64,000 nucleotides of DNA from Octopus vulgaris (lineage: Eukaryota): assembly GCA_951406725.2 (NCBI GenBank), contig OX597814.1, positions 170,872,001-170,936,000 of the forward strand, written 5' to 3'. Position 1 is the stretch's first letter; each line of letters starts with the position of its first letter. A program made the translations under genes and the position numbers. The notes beneath the pieces are model-generated. The model saw only the letters and a program-made list of their open reading frames with translations. It did no database searches and had not been told where the DNA came from. Shown here piece after piece: positions 38,638-51,911 of this stretch.

Positions 38638-39759
38638 ATATACTGGGGCACCACTCAGTCTTAAACTTGGAATGCAAAGATATAACTAAATATTAAAAAG
38701 GGTTTTATTTTAATGCTGAATGTTAAAAAGGGTTTCATTTTAATGCTGAACTAATTGCTATCCCCAACAACCTTAATAACCATTAGCTGTTTTATTAATC
38801 AAGCTGTTAAAACTTGAGATAAATTATAGGAAGTGAGATAGAATCATTCTTTTCCTTCTCCAGCACTCTTTCTCTAGCCCTCACTCTGTTATTAACCAAT
38901 CCTGTAGAGAAGAAACAATTTAAAAACTAAATTAGAAAAAAAAAAAGTTGGAACTTTACAAATACTAATGACTCCCTTTCATTCATTTGCTCTTCTAGTA
39001 ACACCTCCTTCAGCTACACTTGACTATTTCTCATTAATTTGAATTGTGTTGGAGGAATTTCTTGGAATCTTGGAAACCTTTATTCACTTCAACCCCTCTT
39101 CCTATCCCTCTATAGTGGAACAGTTTCCAGAAAAGTATTGTTGAAGTATTAGTCTCAACTGCCCACTCTCATAACCACCCCATCTCCCTCTCCTCTTTAC
39201 AGTGAAATCTCCTGCCTTACTCTAAAAAATATAAGACCCTCAATGAACTCACCTACAACCATAAAAAAAGAAAAGGAAAATGAAAATTTGACCCTTCTTT
39301 CCTTTCCTTCACCTATCTCTTCCTCCCACCTCTATCAGCTCTATCTCCCTCCACCTCTCTGCTTTATCCCCCTCCACTTTTTTTGTCTCATCCAAACTTG
39401 CACCTTGACCTTCTCTCCAGCTTAAACTAGTTTTATGAGTTGGTTCAGCCTTTATTGCCAGCAAAAACTATCATGGAAACATTCACTCTTCTCCTCACTT
39501 TGCTTTCAGACAAAACAGCACAGCAGTGGCAGCACCACCATCGCCGCCACCACCACAAATGATGACAGCAGAGCTGGTAGTGGTGGATGATGATTACAGA
39601 TGTAGTAGTAGTAGGTGTGGTGGAGGTGATTTTGGGCACAGGTGGAAGTAGTTCTAGTACTATTAGTAGTTGATACAATGGTGGAAACTGTGGTGTTGAT
39701 ATTTTAGTAGCTGTAGTAATAATAAGTGTTGCAATGGTTGTAGTTGTAATAATAATTAA

Positions 39760-39982
39760 CCCTTTTGATACCAACCGGGCTGAAACCCGCCTCTCGCTCT
39801 GAAGTACAAATGTCTTGTTTTCCTAAATTTTGAATTAAAATCTTCCACTAAACCTTACTCACAATTTATGTTCCTGATACTAGCTGAATGATAACTAAGT
39901 TATTTCACTAAATTCTTTGTTATATTTAAAATTAATTGAAAGAAACACAGAGTATCTCAAAATAAATACAGTAACAAAAGGG
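39760..39982 (-). mobile_element. piggyBac-type MITE family A
   Basis: TTAA TSD both sides; CCCTTTTG../..CAAAAGGG termini. Confidence 0.92.
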
Positions 39983-40588
39983 TTAACATGGCATAATAAC
40001 CATCTTCAATGACTTGCTATTTCAAAATGAGAACCATCTATGCAGTTTCTTAAACTTTTGAAGAGCCAATAACATCAATCTCACTATTTGACTGATACTC
40101 TATTCTATTGACTATTTTTTGTTTCAAGTGTTGCACTGACCATACGTTTGATATTTCTCTCTGTTCAGGTTCTAATCCAGATGAAGGTCTTTTTATAATT
40201 TTCCCTCCATGCTAGCATTTTCTTTGATTGTGCCTGTCCCAAGTCACTGTTTATGCTTTACACTTGTCAATTCTTGTTTTCACACCAGTCTTATGTCTCT
40301 GTCCTGTATGCCTTTAAGTTGTAAGATTTTATTTTATTTTATTTTGTTTGAACGGGGGGGGGGGGGGCTTTCCAATCAAGTGATACCAACTTTTCCAAGT
40401 GTTGAAATTGTACTGACCCTGAATAAAAAGTTGGCCAATGACGTAGGTTTATGCATGTCTATTTTTAACCTTTCTGTTAACAGTTACACGTGTCCTTTAC
40501 TTTTATTTGATGATTGATATATATATATATATATATAAAGCATCTGTAATTGGTGATGGATTTATACAATCCATGTATTTGATGACTT

Positions 40589-40940
40589 ATCTTTTACTTG
40601 TTTCAGTCATTAGACTGCAGCCATGCTGGGGCACCACCTTGAAGAATTTTTAGTTGAATGAATTAACTCCAGTATTTTTTAAAGTCTGGTAGTCATTCTA
40701 TCTGCCTCTTTTGCCAAACCACTCAGTTATAGGGATGTAAACACACCAACACTGGTTGCCAAACAGTGATGGGGGACAAGTAGACACACCCACAAATATG
40801 AGAAGTCTCTTTCAGTTTCTGTCTACCAAATCCATTCACAAGGCTTTGGTAGGAGACATTTGCGCAATGTGCTACATAGTGGGACTGAACCAGGAACCAT
40901 GTGGCTGGGAAGCAAACTTCACACCACACACCCATACCCA
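40589..40940 (-). mobile_element. SINE K full-length copy
   Basis: Reverse complement of the K head, body and tail. Confidence 0.88.
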
Positions 40941-41146
40941 ATGTCTAATGAAATGAAATGGTTATTTTGTTCTATTATGTAAAATAGTAGTAAATAATAA
41001 ATTACCATTCTCATGGAAGCAATCTTCATCTAATTGTAATGTTATCTTCATTCTTATTTACTTATATATATATATATATATATAATTTGTATGTATGTAT
41101 TACCCAAGAGAAAAAGAAAAGAAACCCTCAAAACAGGATAGACAAA

Positions 41147-41385
41147 AAGGCAGCGAGCTGGCAGAAACGTTAGCACGCCGGGCAAAATGCTTATCAGTAT
41201 TTCGTCTGCCGTTACGTTCTGAGTTCAAATTCTGCTGAGGTCGACTTTGCCTTTAATCCTTTCGGGGTCGATAAATTAAGTACCATTTACGCACTGGGGT
41301 CGATGTAATCAACTTAAATCCCTTAGTCTGTCCTTGTTTGTCCGCTGTATGTTTAGTCCCTTGTGGGCAATAAAGAACTAAGAAA
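41147..41385 (+). mobile_element. SINE M (young copy) with alternative tail
   Basis: AAGGCAGCGAGCTGGCAGAAACGTTAGCACGCCGGG..GAGTTCAAATTC..CCTTTCGGGGTCGATAAATTAAGTACC; tail ends CTTGTGGGCAATAAAGAA. Confidence 0.92.
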
Positions 41386-42964
41386 CTGACCTTTTTTGTG
41401 CCAATCTTCACTGTGTGCTCAATTAATACTGACATAGACCTTATAACAGACTGACCAGAGGGTGAAGTGGGATGTAAAATAAGTACCAGTAATATATAAA
41501 ACTCAATACAGTAACTAGTATTTACAATCCACAGAGCAATGAAAAGACTATGTCAATGTTGTTAGGATTTGAACTTAAATTAAGAATCAGATCAATGCAG
41601 GTGGTGCAACACTTGTATCATTCCATTAAGATCACAAAATAGTAAAACAACAATTATAATATTTCTGACGAATTTTGGGGGTGGAACTGACAATGATATA
41701 AACTCGAGTGTTTAAGTAATATTCTTTCAATTCTGAAAAAGTGAAAAGCAAAGCGAACCCACAAGGATGAAAGGCCAGCAAGATTTGAATTCACAAAGGG
41801 GTAAATATTACTAATAATAAAGATTTTTTTTGCATAGTCACAAGAACATGATGATAAGGAGGAGTAGGAATAAGATAAAAGAGGGGAAAAAGAGCGGAAG
41901 AAAAACAGCCGGAGGCTGAGAATGAAAATGTATTGCTTAGTTTAAGCAAATGGAAGAAAATAAATAAAACATAAAAAAAAAAATAGAATGAAAATAAAGA
42001 GGATAAAAAAAAAAACAAAGTGCAAATATGTGTGGAAAAGAAAAAAGCAAAGAAGAATATTACAATTTTTGTGGAGGGAGAAAAAAAATAGCATTTGACT
42101 GAAAAACAAAATCACACCTATAAAAAAAAAAGTAAAAAAAAAACCTTCTCATTGATGCAAGTCTATTAGTAATGCAAGCATCAACAAATAGATGTTAAAT
42201 TGGTCTATTAGCAATGCTACAGAAAAAAAATAGTAATTAGAAACAATAACTAGCCCACTACAAAACATGAAAAAAGAAAAAAAAGAATGCAATTACTGTG
42301 TGTGTGTGTAAACGTTATCACATATATCATACTACTACTGCTATCACTACTACTTCTGCTGCTGCTGCTACTACTACTATTACTGCCAATACCACTACTA
42401 CTATCACCACCATCACCATCATTTTATGTCCATTTTTCCATGATGGTATGGGTTAGACAGGATATCGTAGTGTGTTCTGCATCACCATGTACATGCAACA
42501 AGGAAGATTACAGTCTCCTCTACTTGTTGATAGCCGTTATTCAGAGTTATGGCCATCACAGGCAGGTATTTAGTTTGTTATTATGCAGGAAGTGGAGACT
42601 GCATCCCATTTGTTGTTTCTAGAATGAATGTATTAGATGAATTTTACAATGCCCACAACAGTAAGAGTGGCTGTCCTTAACAATTTCCACAAGAAATTTC
42701 TTTACTTTTTCTTCAGAGTTGGTTCTGTGCTAGACAGGCAGCCTGCAATGCTCATAAATTCTACTTTGAACATATGTGTATCTATGTACACACACATACA
42801 AAAAATAATGTGTTTATCATCATCATTTAACACCCATCTTCTATGCTGGCATGGGTTGGGCAGTGTCAAGTGTCAGTTGAGGTTTCAAAAATTTTACATG
42901 GACATCCAAATGACGAGTGAGTTGTTTACTTTGTCAAATGCATTTAAGCATAACTGGCCCTTAA

Positions 42965-43184
42965 CCCTTTCATTTCCAACCCGGCTGAAACCGGCTCTGA
43001 CCCTGAGTATAAAAGTCTTCCTTTCATAAGTTCTGAATTAAAATCTTCCACTAAACCTTAATCACAATTTATGTTCCTAACACTAGCTGAATGATAACGA
43101 AGTTATTTTACTAAATTCTTTGTTATATTTAAAGTAATTGAAAGAAACACAGAGCATCTGAAAATAAATACAGTAACGAAAGGG
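42965..43184 (-). mobile_element. piggyBac-type MITE family A
   Basis: TTAA TSD both sides; CCCTTTC/GAAAGGG termini. Confidence 0.92.
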
Positions 43185-44101
43185 TTAATGATAGGAGAAA
43201 TCAAGTTACAAATGGATGTGATGAAGTTATTTTTTTTAGCTTTCCTTCCTCATCAGATGAGGTAGATGATGATGTTCAAGATAGCACAGAAGACAGTTCT
43301 GAACAGAAAAGTGCATGGATTTTTCTCTGTTCATACATCTGTTTCACAATAACAGTGAGGGAATCTAAAATGAATTTATGCTCACACCTGATGCAAAGGA
43401 AAATGACTATTATATAGCAATTTCCAATAATAAGATTGTAAATGTTATTGTGTAAAGGACTAACAATTATTATGGCTTTTGTACTTATTTCAAGAGAAAA
43501 TAAGTTTAAAAATTACCCTTAAGAAAATGATATTTTTCTGTCCATTTGGTACACACATAACATGCAGCCCTTCCTCATTGTTTAAGGGTTAAATTAGTTT
43601 CAAAGACACTTATCACACCACCCATCCTTCCAGGGCCAACACCCTTCTATAAGCAGAAAAAACAATTTTCCCAACCCCCCAGTCATGAACAGCCCATCCC
43701 AGAGTGAAACTCTTGAGTAGACTATCAACTTTTGATATAATATACATATCTACCCATCTTATTGAGTTTTATATCAGATGAAGTTTGCACTACATAAAAT
43801 ATGTTTTTATGTTTTTAATATATAACTCTTACATTACAATACATACATATGTGTGCGTGTGTATGTGTATATAAGATAATATTTCTGTTCAAGGTATCAC
43901 ATCACTTTAGCGTGACACACTATCAGTTGATGTATATTAAAAATAAATAAATAATAAACCCAACTGAGATGATTAACTTTTTCTTGGCTAAATTAGCAGC
44001 AGGAATATAACTGGCTGCTTTCTGAGACAATGGTAGAGTTATCATTATCATTATAAGACAGGCAGTACAGGGTAGGGAATAATAGTTGGCCCTTTGATAT
44101 A

Positions 44102-44279
44102 CTGTATTTTAATGTGTATAAGGAACCCTTGTGCATAAGGAACCCCCTAATTTTGGGGGCTTAAAGTTTGGAAAAAGGTTCTGTAAGGGATTATAATACT
44201 ACCCATGTATAAGAAACTCCCATATTTTTTTAACCTAATTTTTGACAAAAAAGGGTTCCTTATACATGTTAAAATATGG
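44102..44279. mobile_element. Tc1/mariner-superfamily (Tc2/pogo-like) MITE
   Basis: TA flanks; 29-bp TIR CTGTATTTTAATGTGTATAAGGAACCCTT vs CCATATTTTAACATGTATAAGGAACCCTT (reverse complement of right end); internal repeats of TATAAGGAACCC. Confidence 0.88.
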
Positions 44280-44708
44280 TACTTTGTTGCACCAGTGTGC
44301 TCAAAAACTACAGACTGAAATTAATTAAATAAGAGTGGAATTTAGCCAGCCATTTGACTCAATGATGATGCCTCCAACTCTGCTATGGAAATCACAATTA
44401 TCATCATCATCATCATCATTGGACTGCTAGGTCGTCACAAGGGGTTATCCAGTATATGTGGTAGGGCACATTACATTGTGTTGCCAGCATTAATAAAGTG
44501 ATCCCTACCATGGAGAATTTAAAGAGGCCTCTCTCTAGCCTGCATCAGAGATTTAGTACATGCACACATGGGAGAGAGAGAGAGAGATATTACTGGTTGA
44601 TGGCAGAAGGGGAAGGACATTAGCAAAAATAAAGAATTTTTTGCATCAGCTTTACAGAGTTTTCGACATCTCTCACTAGTTTCCCAAGAGACAATGAAGA
44701 CTCTATAC

Positions 44709-44907
44709 CAGGGGTGGGCAAACTTTTTTTGATCGCAGGCCGCACAGTGCGTCTTTGGAACCTTGGCGGGCCTCATTTATAAAAATCAAGTGAAAATATT
44801 GTGAATTACCGTACAGTTACGAAGTATCTGCATAGAAGTTGGGATTCATAAAAGCTCTCGGCGGGCCGCATGAAAACCTATGGCGGGCCGCAGTTTGCCC
44901 ACCCCTG
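44709..44907. mobile_element. hAT (Charlie-type) MITE, young; inserted into a family C copy
   Basis: Perfect 16-bp TIR CAGGGGTGGGCAAACT/AGTTTGCCCACCCCTG; 8-bp TSD CTCTATAC; subterminal GCGGGCC repeats. Confidence 0.96.
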
Positions 44908-45343
44908 CTCTATACAGTTGCTCAACTTGTTAGAAATAGCAGCTAAATATCATTCAAATGACAAAACAGTTATCTTAATTGCAACTTCATACAAATAAGA
45001 CCACACGTTTTCCTCTTCCCCTACTGCACCTCACATTCCTGCATCATAATCCACACTAATACTTTCATAGCCCCTCTTTTCCAGAGCCAACACCTGAAGC
45101 TCTCTCTGTTTCTGCTGTAGATGTAAACACAAATGTACAATTTGAACCAATCTCACCAACCTTGGAGGGCCTGCAAAAGCCATGCATAATCTCCCCACCT
45201 TCTACTAACCCTTGAGCTATATTATACATACTATATCATACAATAGATATAATATTTATAATATATATCTATCTAATATAATACAATATATATATAATAT
45301 AAATAATATAATATAAAACAATCACCATCACTCAATGCCTGAT

Positions 45344-45380
<37 letters not shown>

Positions 45381-45476
45381 GTATGTATACATACACACAT
45401 ATATATACACACATATATACACACATACACATATATATACACACATACACACACACACACACCTATATATACACAT

Positions 45477-45507
<31 letters not shown>

Positions 45508-45536
45508 CACATACATACACAGAGACATATATATAT

Positions 45537-45841
45537 ATTTCAGGGTGTTTATATGCATGTTTGTGTGTGTGGTTATGATATTGAGTTATTTTTACATTTT
45601 GGTTTTATATATATATATGTATATGTGCATGTGTGTAAAGTACAAAAACTAATCTATCTAATTATTAAGTCTAAATTTCTACACAACACACACATACACA
45701 TAAATGCATCACAACACACACATACACACAAGATTTCAAATTCCTTCTTTAAATGATTAAAAAAAAAAAAGAAAACCAAAATGTAAAAATAACTCAATAT
45801 CATAACCACACACACAAACATGCATATAAACACCCTGAAAT
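45537..45841. repeat. Perfect 70-bp inverted repeat with 165-bp spacer
   Basis: 45537-45606 is the exact reverse complement of 45772-45841. Confidence 0.95.
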
Positions 45842-47319
45842 TCCTTACTCTCTACTAGTTAACGTTGTCACCTAGTTAACTTTGAGTGAAATTAAGCAAA
45901 GTGCCAAAAAGCTGTTTTTTTAATCAGTAAATTCCATCATGTCATTTTTTTAGGTGTTGCAACAGACATGTTCTTTGTGTTCTAGGTTACTAATATGGTA
46001 ATGGTTTTTGTAGCGGGAAGGGGGATGGGGTTGAAGTCCCCCCCCCGCATCTCTACCCCCACCCATGCTACCACAGCCACCACTCTGGCCCTGTATAAAT
46101 TTGATGAATAGATTACATTCTTAACATACAAAAAAAAAATTTTTTTTTTTTCATCTCCCAATAAATCTAATCCGACATTAAAAATGAAAGAAGCAAATAA
46201 CTATCTTTCATAAATTCTAACATAATGATATTAAATAATTTATCAGCATTGCTATCTTTGTAATAATAACCCTTCCCATCATTATTATACATGAACCCTA
46301 TATGTATCTGTGCGTATGTGTTGGAACACACATGCACACATATATGTACATGATCATCACCATCATTATGATCAACATCTTTGCAACAGTATTCCTAACC
46401 ATAATAATTGTTATACACAAACATATATATCTATATGTATGTGTGGGTTAAATACGTAAGTTAAGTGCCTGAATATTTTCACCATATCTATCAACAATTT
46501 AAGAACTTTTAATGCCTCTTATGATTCTCACTTTCTGACACATAACACAAATAAATATGTACATATACCTATGCATATGTTTATACAAATAATCACATGT
46601 ATGAGTGTGGCTGGGTGTAAATATACATACAATTATGCTTTCAAATATGTAAATAAGAGTGTGAGTGTGTGTATGTGTGTTTCATGGTTGGGTGCCATTC
46701 CTAACATTTGGCTTTTAGGTGGCTTTTTACAATCTATGTAGTCTACCTATAGTAAAACCAGGGTACACATATATCACTTCAATGTCCACTTTTCCATGCT
46801 TGCAATGGGTCCTTCTCCAGCCAGATGCCCTCCCTCTTATCAATCCTCACCTTGTTTCCAAGTAGGTAATAATCCCTCAGTCTGGTCAACAATAAAACAG
46901 CTAGACATAGTTACAAGCTGGTATTGTTTACATGTCCAATTATGTCCAGAGACGCTTTCTGGATTGACTGAAAACATATGACACTAATGTATTTGATAGT
47001 AAAGCTTTAGTTTGTTTCCACACACTGGACACATAAAACAAGGACAAATCATGTACATGCATTCACACACATGCAAAAGGGTTCTTCACTTTCTGTTGTC
47101 AATCAATTTCACTCAAATGATAGTTGTTGACCTGAAGCTATAATACAGAATGTTAGACAACTTAAACACAATAGGACCAACTCCCTAACAATGCAGTGCT
47201 AAAAAAACCCCTCTAAACCACATAATCACCTCTTGCATTTATTCATATCAGTACTAATTCACTATCTGTATATTTATTACTATTATTATTTTCATCATCA
47301 AGGTGGCAAGCTGGCAGAA

Positions 47320-48428
47320 TCATTAGTGCGCTGGACAAAATGCTTGGTGGCATCTCATCAGTCTTTATGTTTTGAGTTCAAATTCTGCCACAGTTAACAT
47401 TGCTTTTCATATCCTTTTGGGGATCGATAAATCAAAACAATCAACTAGCTCCTCCCCACAAAACTTTCAAGCTCTGTGCCTATAGTAAAGAGGATCATCA
47501 TCATCATCATCAGCAGCAGCAGCAGGAGGAAGCTGGATTGGTAGAATCATTAGAATGTTGGGGGAAAATGCTTGAAAATATATATTACAGCTCCTTAGAT
47601 TTGGAGTTCAAATTCTGCCTATGTCAACCTTGTCAACTTTTACCCTTGTGGCTTCATATAATAAATTATACCATTGACCACAGGGTCAAGGGTATTGACT
47701 AATTTTCCTTTACCCTCAAAATTACTGGCCTTGTGCCTAAACCAGAAACAATAATAATAATCCTTTCTACTATAGGCACAAGGCCTGGAATGTGAGGGGA
47801 GGGGATAGTCAATCATATTGACCCCCAGTACTTAACTGGTGCATAATTCATTGACCACTGAAAGGATGAAAGGAAAAGTCAACTACGGTAGAATTTGAAC
47901 TCAGAACGTAGTAATGGGTGAAATACCAGTAAGCATTTTGTCCAGTGTGCTAATGATTCTGCCAGTTTGCTGCCTTAACAATAATAATAATAATCTTTTC
48001 TACTATAGGCACAAGGACTGAAATCTTGGGGAGGGGACTAGTCGATTACATCAACCCTAGTATTTCACTGGTACTTAATTTAATCGACCCCGAAAGGATG
48101 AAAGGCAAAGTTAACCTTGGCGGAATTTTAACTCAGAATGTAGCGGCAGACGAAATACTGCTAAGCATTTTGCCCAGCATGCTAACAATTCCGCCAGCTT
48201 GCCGCCTTATAATGATTTCAAATTTTGGCACAAGGCCAGCAAGTTTAGGGGAGGGGGTAAGTTGATTACATCGACCTCTGTATGTAACTGGTACTTATTT
48301 TATCGATCCCAAAACAATGAAAAGTAAAGCCAACCTCAGTGAAATTTGAACTCAGATTATATAGATAGACAAAATGTCACTAAGTATTTCCTTCTGGCAT
48401 GGTAACGATTCTGCTAGCTCACTGCCTT
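47320..48428. mobile_element. Cluster of five SINE M copies: two on + (47320-47750), three on - (47761-48428)
   Basis: Family motifs in both orientations, separated by (CAT)n/(AAT)n. Confidence 0.9.
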
Positions 48429-49707
48429 AATAATAATAATAATGATGATGATGATGATAAAACATTATCATTATCATCATTATTATTTAATAATGATAAT
48501 AATAATAATAATTATTATTATTATAGAAAAACCTGCCATGGAACTAAGAAAGATTATAAAAAATTTATTATCATAAAAATATAAATATCTAAGAAAGATA
48601 TGACAAAAAGAATTCTGAACACTAATACAGCATAACTTGAGTTGAAAAAGTATCTACATACAGGAATGTACAAAGGATATACATAATGACATATACAAGA
48701 AAAAAAAAAAATATATATATATATATATTTCAGTATGTCATTTTATACAGGGAAGGTATTAGAAAATTGGATATATAAAGCTAAGCCAAATTTCAAGTAA
48801 GAAACCATTTTTATCATGAATCTTTAAACATAATGGAGATGGAGGGAAAGAAGACTAATAAAAAATATATATATATACAGTGTCATTAAAAAGATTGCAG
48901 CTTGATGAGAAAATAAAAAAAACAAAAACAATCGATAATTAATGTATTCTGTGTTACTATGACAATCAAAAATATTCCAATGAATCTAATAAGAAAAAAT
49001 CATTTGTTTCTTTTTCTCTCTCTCTCACAATGTTAATTATTTTTATCATTCAATACTATAGCTTTCATGAATTCCTTGACAACAAAAAATGTATCTCTAA
49101 AGGCTTGGTAGCAGATAAATTAATAAGCTTCGAAGTTAAGAATTGAAATTCTGAATTGGGGAAGTTTGCTGCTATCAGAAATTTTGTTAATTGATGTTAA
49201 CCCTTTGCAGACGAAATCTGCTGACATTTCTCTCCAAAGAAATCGGAACCATTTGCAGGAGACACAAAAGGGGTGGTGTTTACTGATGTCACAAGAATTT
49301 AGAAGCTTTGGGAGAATGTAAAATAATTCTATTTTGGAATGGTGTGACTTAAACCAACTAAAGCTATAAATAACAGCATATAAATATTGGGTTAAAAATC
49401 CCTTTCGATAGAACAGGTCGAAAGCTGCTCATGGGACATGAATCCACATCTCTTTTTTATTCAGAGATTTATAACCCAAATTGTACATGCCCTTATTGTT
49501 AGCTTTATCTGCTTCAAGTTTCAGAGTTCCACAAAAGAATTATTTCATATAGGCCTGCATACGTGTGTGTGTGTGTGCATGTATATATGTGTTGGTTTTT
49601 TTTAATGTCATATTAAAATAAAAACAATTTTATATTAAACTGAGGAATTTGGCAATACTTCTTTCTGGTAGAGTACATACTTATATGCATATAAAAGTAT
49701 AATAATA

Positions 49708-50080
49708 ATCCTCTCTGCTATAGGTACAAAGCCTGAAATTTCAGGGAAGTGGTTAAGTTGATTACATTGACCCCAGTGCTTAACTGGTATTTATTTTATC
49801 AACCTCTAAAGGATTAAAGGCAAATGCATGCTAACGATTCTGCCAGCTCATCTTAATAATAATGGTGATGGTTTCAAATTTTGACACAAGGCCAGCAAAT
49901 TCGGGGCGGGGGAAGTCAATTAAATCAACCTCAGTGTTTAACTGGTACTTATTTTATTAATCCCAAAAGGATGAAAGGCAAAGTTGGTCCCAGTGGAATT
50001 TGAACTCGCAACATAAGACAGGTGAAATAGAATTAAGCATTTTATCTCGTGTGCTAATGATTCTACCAGCTCATTGCCTC
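49708..50080 (-). mobile_element. Two tandem SINE M copies
   Basis: ..ATTGACCCCAGTG..AAGGATGAAAGGCAAAG..TTCT(G/A)CCAGCTC with (AAT)n spacers. Confidence 0.85.
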
Positions 50081-50177
50081 AAAACCAACACCATCACCAT
50101 CACCAACACCATCGTTATCATCAACAATTACAGCAGACATAAAATAGTACATGTCTGTGTTCTCGAAAAGATTAGCA

Positions 50178-50577
50178 CAGTAGAACCTCATAGTATGAGT
50201 GCCCCATTGTACGAATAATTTGCAGTACAAGCCGAAACTCAAGCAAATTTTTGTCTTGAAGTACAAGTGGGAATCCGCAGTATGAATGAGTTTTCATACA
50301 AGCATAAATCATCCCACCTTTAAGGTAATTCAGTTCATAAAACCAGTTTACATATTTCTTTTGCATTCTCTTTTTTATAATTGTCATTTTACTTGTAACT
50401 ACACCTTTTCTAGTTTTAAAACCCATAAAAAATTATTTCTGAGTGTGTTTTGGGGGCTGGAACGGTTTAATTATATTTTAGTTAACTTCAATGGGGAAAA
50501 CTGATTTGGAAAACAAGTAAATCCTAAGACGAGCTCGGTCATGGAATGAATTAAACTCGTACTGCGAGATATCACTG
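50178..50577. mobile_element. Tigger/pogo-like MITE (decayed)
   Basis: Termini CAGTAGAACCTCATAGTATGAGT / ACTCGTACTGCGAGATATCACTG-TA (about 16 of 23 complementary). Confidence 0.65.
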
Positions 50578-51389
50578 TATTTTTTTCCTTTCTACAATAA
50601 AGTTTGACAAGATGATATACTGACCCAGTCAGCTTACAAGAGTTAAAGCACACACAATAAGAACTGAAGAGGTAGAACAGATAAAAATTGCCTTAGCAAT
50701 AGTACAGAGTAGTATTTCTGACCAGTGTTCTTTGACCCCAAAGTAGCCCAGATTGAAAAAGACTTATGATTAAAGGTATTCTGGTCATGACCACCCAGAA
50801 CTAAACCCTACTCATTTTACCCTATGCCGCTAGTACTTTACTGGCAATATAAATGTTGATTGAATTAACTGTGCACCTTCAACCAAGTTTCTAACTGGGC
50901 ACCAGAGTTGAACATTGATATTTAGCTCAATCTTTGTACATTTAAAGTGGAAATCCTGATCAGATTCAACTTTGCCCTTTATCCTTCTTGAGTCAGTACC
51001 AAGTATGTACAAAGCAAAATATTTGATAGTTTAAATCATAGCTTTAATTCAACTTGAGAGACTAGTTATAAAGCCCACGCTCATCTCTTCCAAATAAACA
51101 TATACAAATTTATTTATTTAACATGTAAGTAAATACTAAAAATTAAACAAATTCTGAAAGTCACATATGTAATCTCTCCAGCAGATAAAATAAAAATCAT
51201 ACAAAGTATAACACAGTTTTTCACCATCAAAACAGGTCTACACCGTATTTCACAATAGTTATTATTATTATTATTATTATTATCCTGCTGAAGTCAACTT
51301 TACTTTTCATCCTTTTGGGATGAAAATACTGAGGTTGATGTAATTGACTGGTCCCACAGCACCAAATTTCAGGCCTTGAGCTTTATTAT

Positions 51390-51911
51390 TGAGTGAGAGA
51401 GTAGCACAGGCCATCAAAATGACACTGGGGTAAAATATATGAAGTCCAGTATACCCACCATAACTACCTGTCTGATAAAGTTACACCAGGCACATGCATC
51501 ACAATCATATGTGTGTGATACGGTGATCTTATATCAAGATAAACAGTGCATGACCTTGCAGGTGAGGCTCACAATTTTTTTCAGGTTGAGTAGCCTATCC
51601 CGCTCAAAAGGTCCCTGAATAAGGATTGTTTAAGGATGATGAATGAAACATCCATGTTTCCAGAGGTGAATTATTCAAATCCCAAAGAATCCCACTACTT
51701 CTGCTCATGATCAGAGATGCATATATTGTCAGCCAACAAGCGTATATGCTCAACTGGTTAAGGTCAAACGACTGACAAGCAAATCTAGGGTATTAAGCAG
51801 AATATTTGTTGTAGCCCATCTTTTATACCAAGACAAATCATGTACATGATAACACTTCCAATCAGTTAAGATCAGAAACCAAGAGAGCCACTGCCTGGTA
51901 TTGTATCAGGT
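51390..51911. mobile_element. Probable interspersed repeat (possibly a LINE 3' UTR) between triplet tracts
   Basis: Higher-GC, non-coding block abutting a SINE M tail and (TTA)n; resembles a cephalopod repeat from memory only, with no second copy in the window. Confidence 0.35.

Noticed and set aside
43240-43415. Acidic open frame (SSSDEVDDDVQDSTEDSSE) after a TTTTTTAG acceptor-like site
   Set aside because: No recognisable domain, convincing donor or partner exons.
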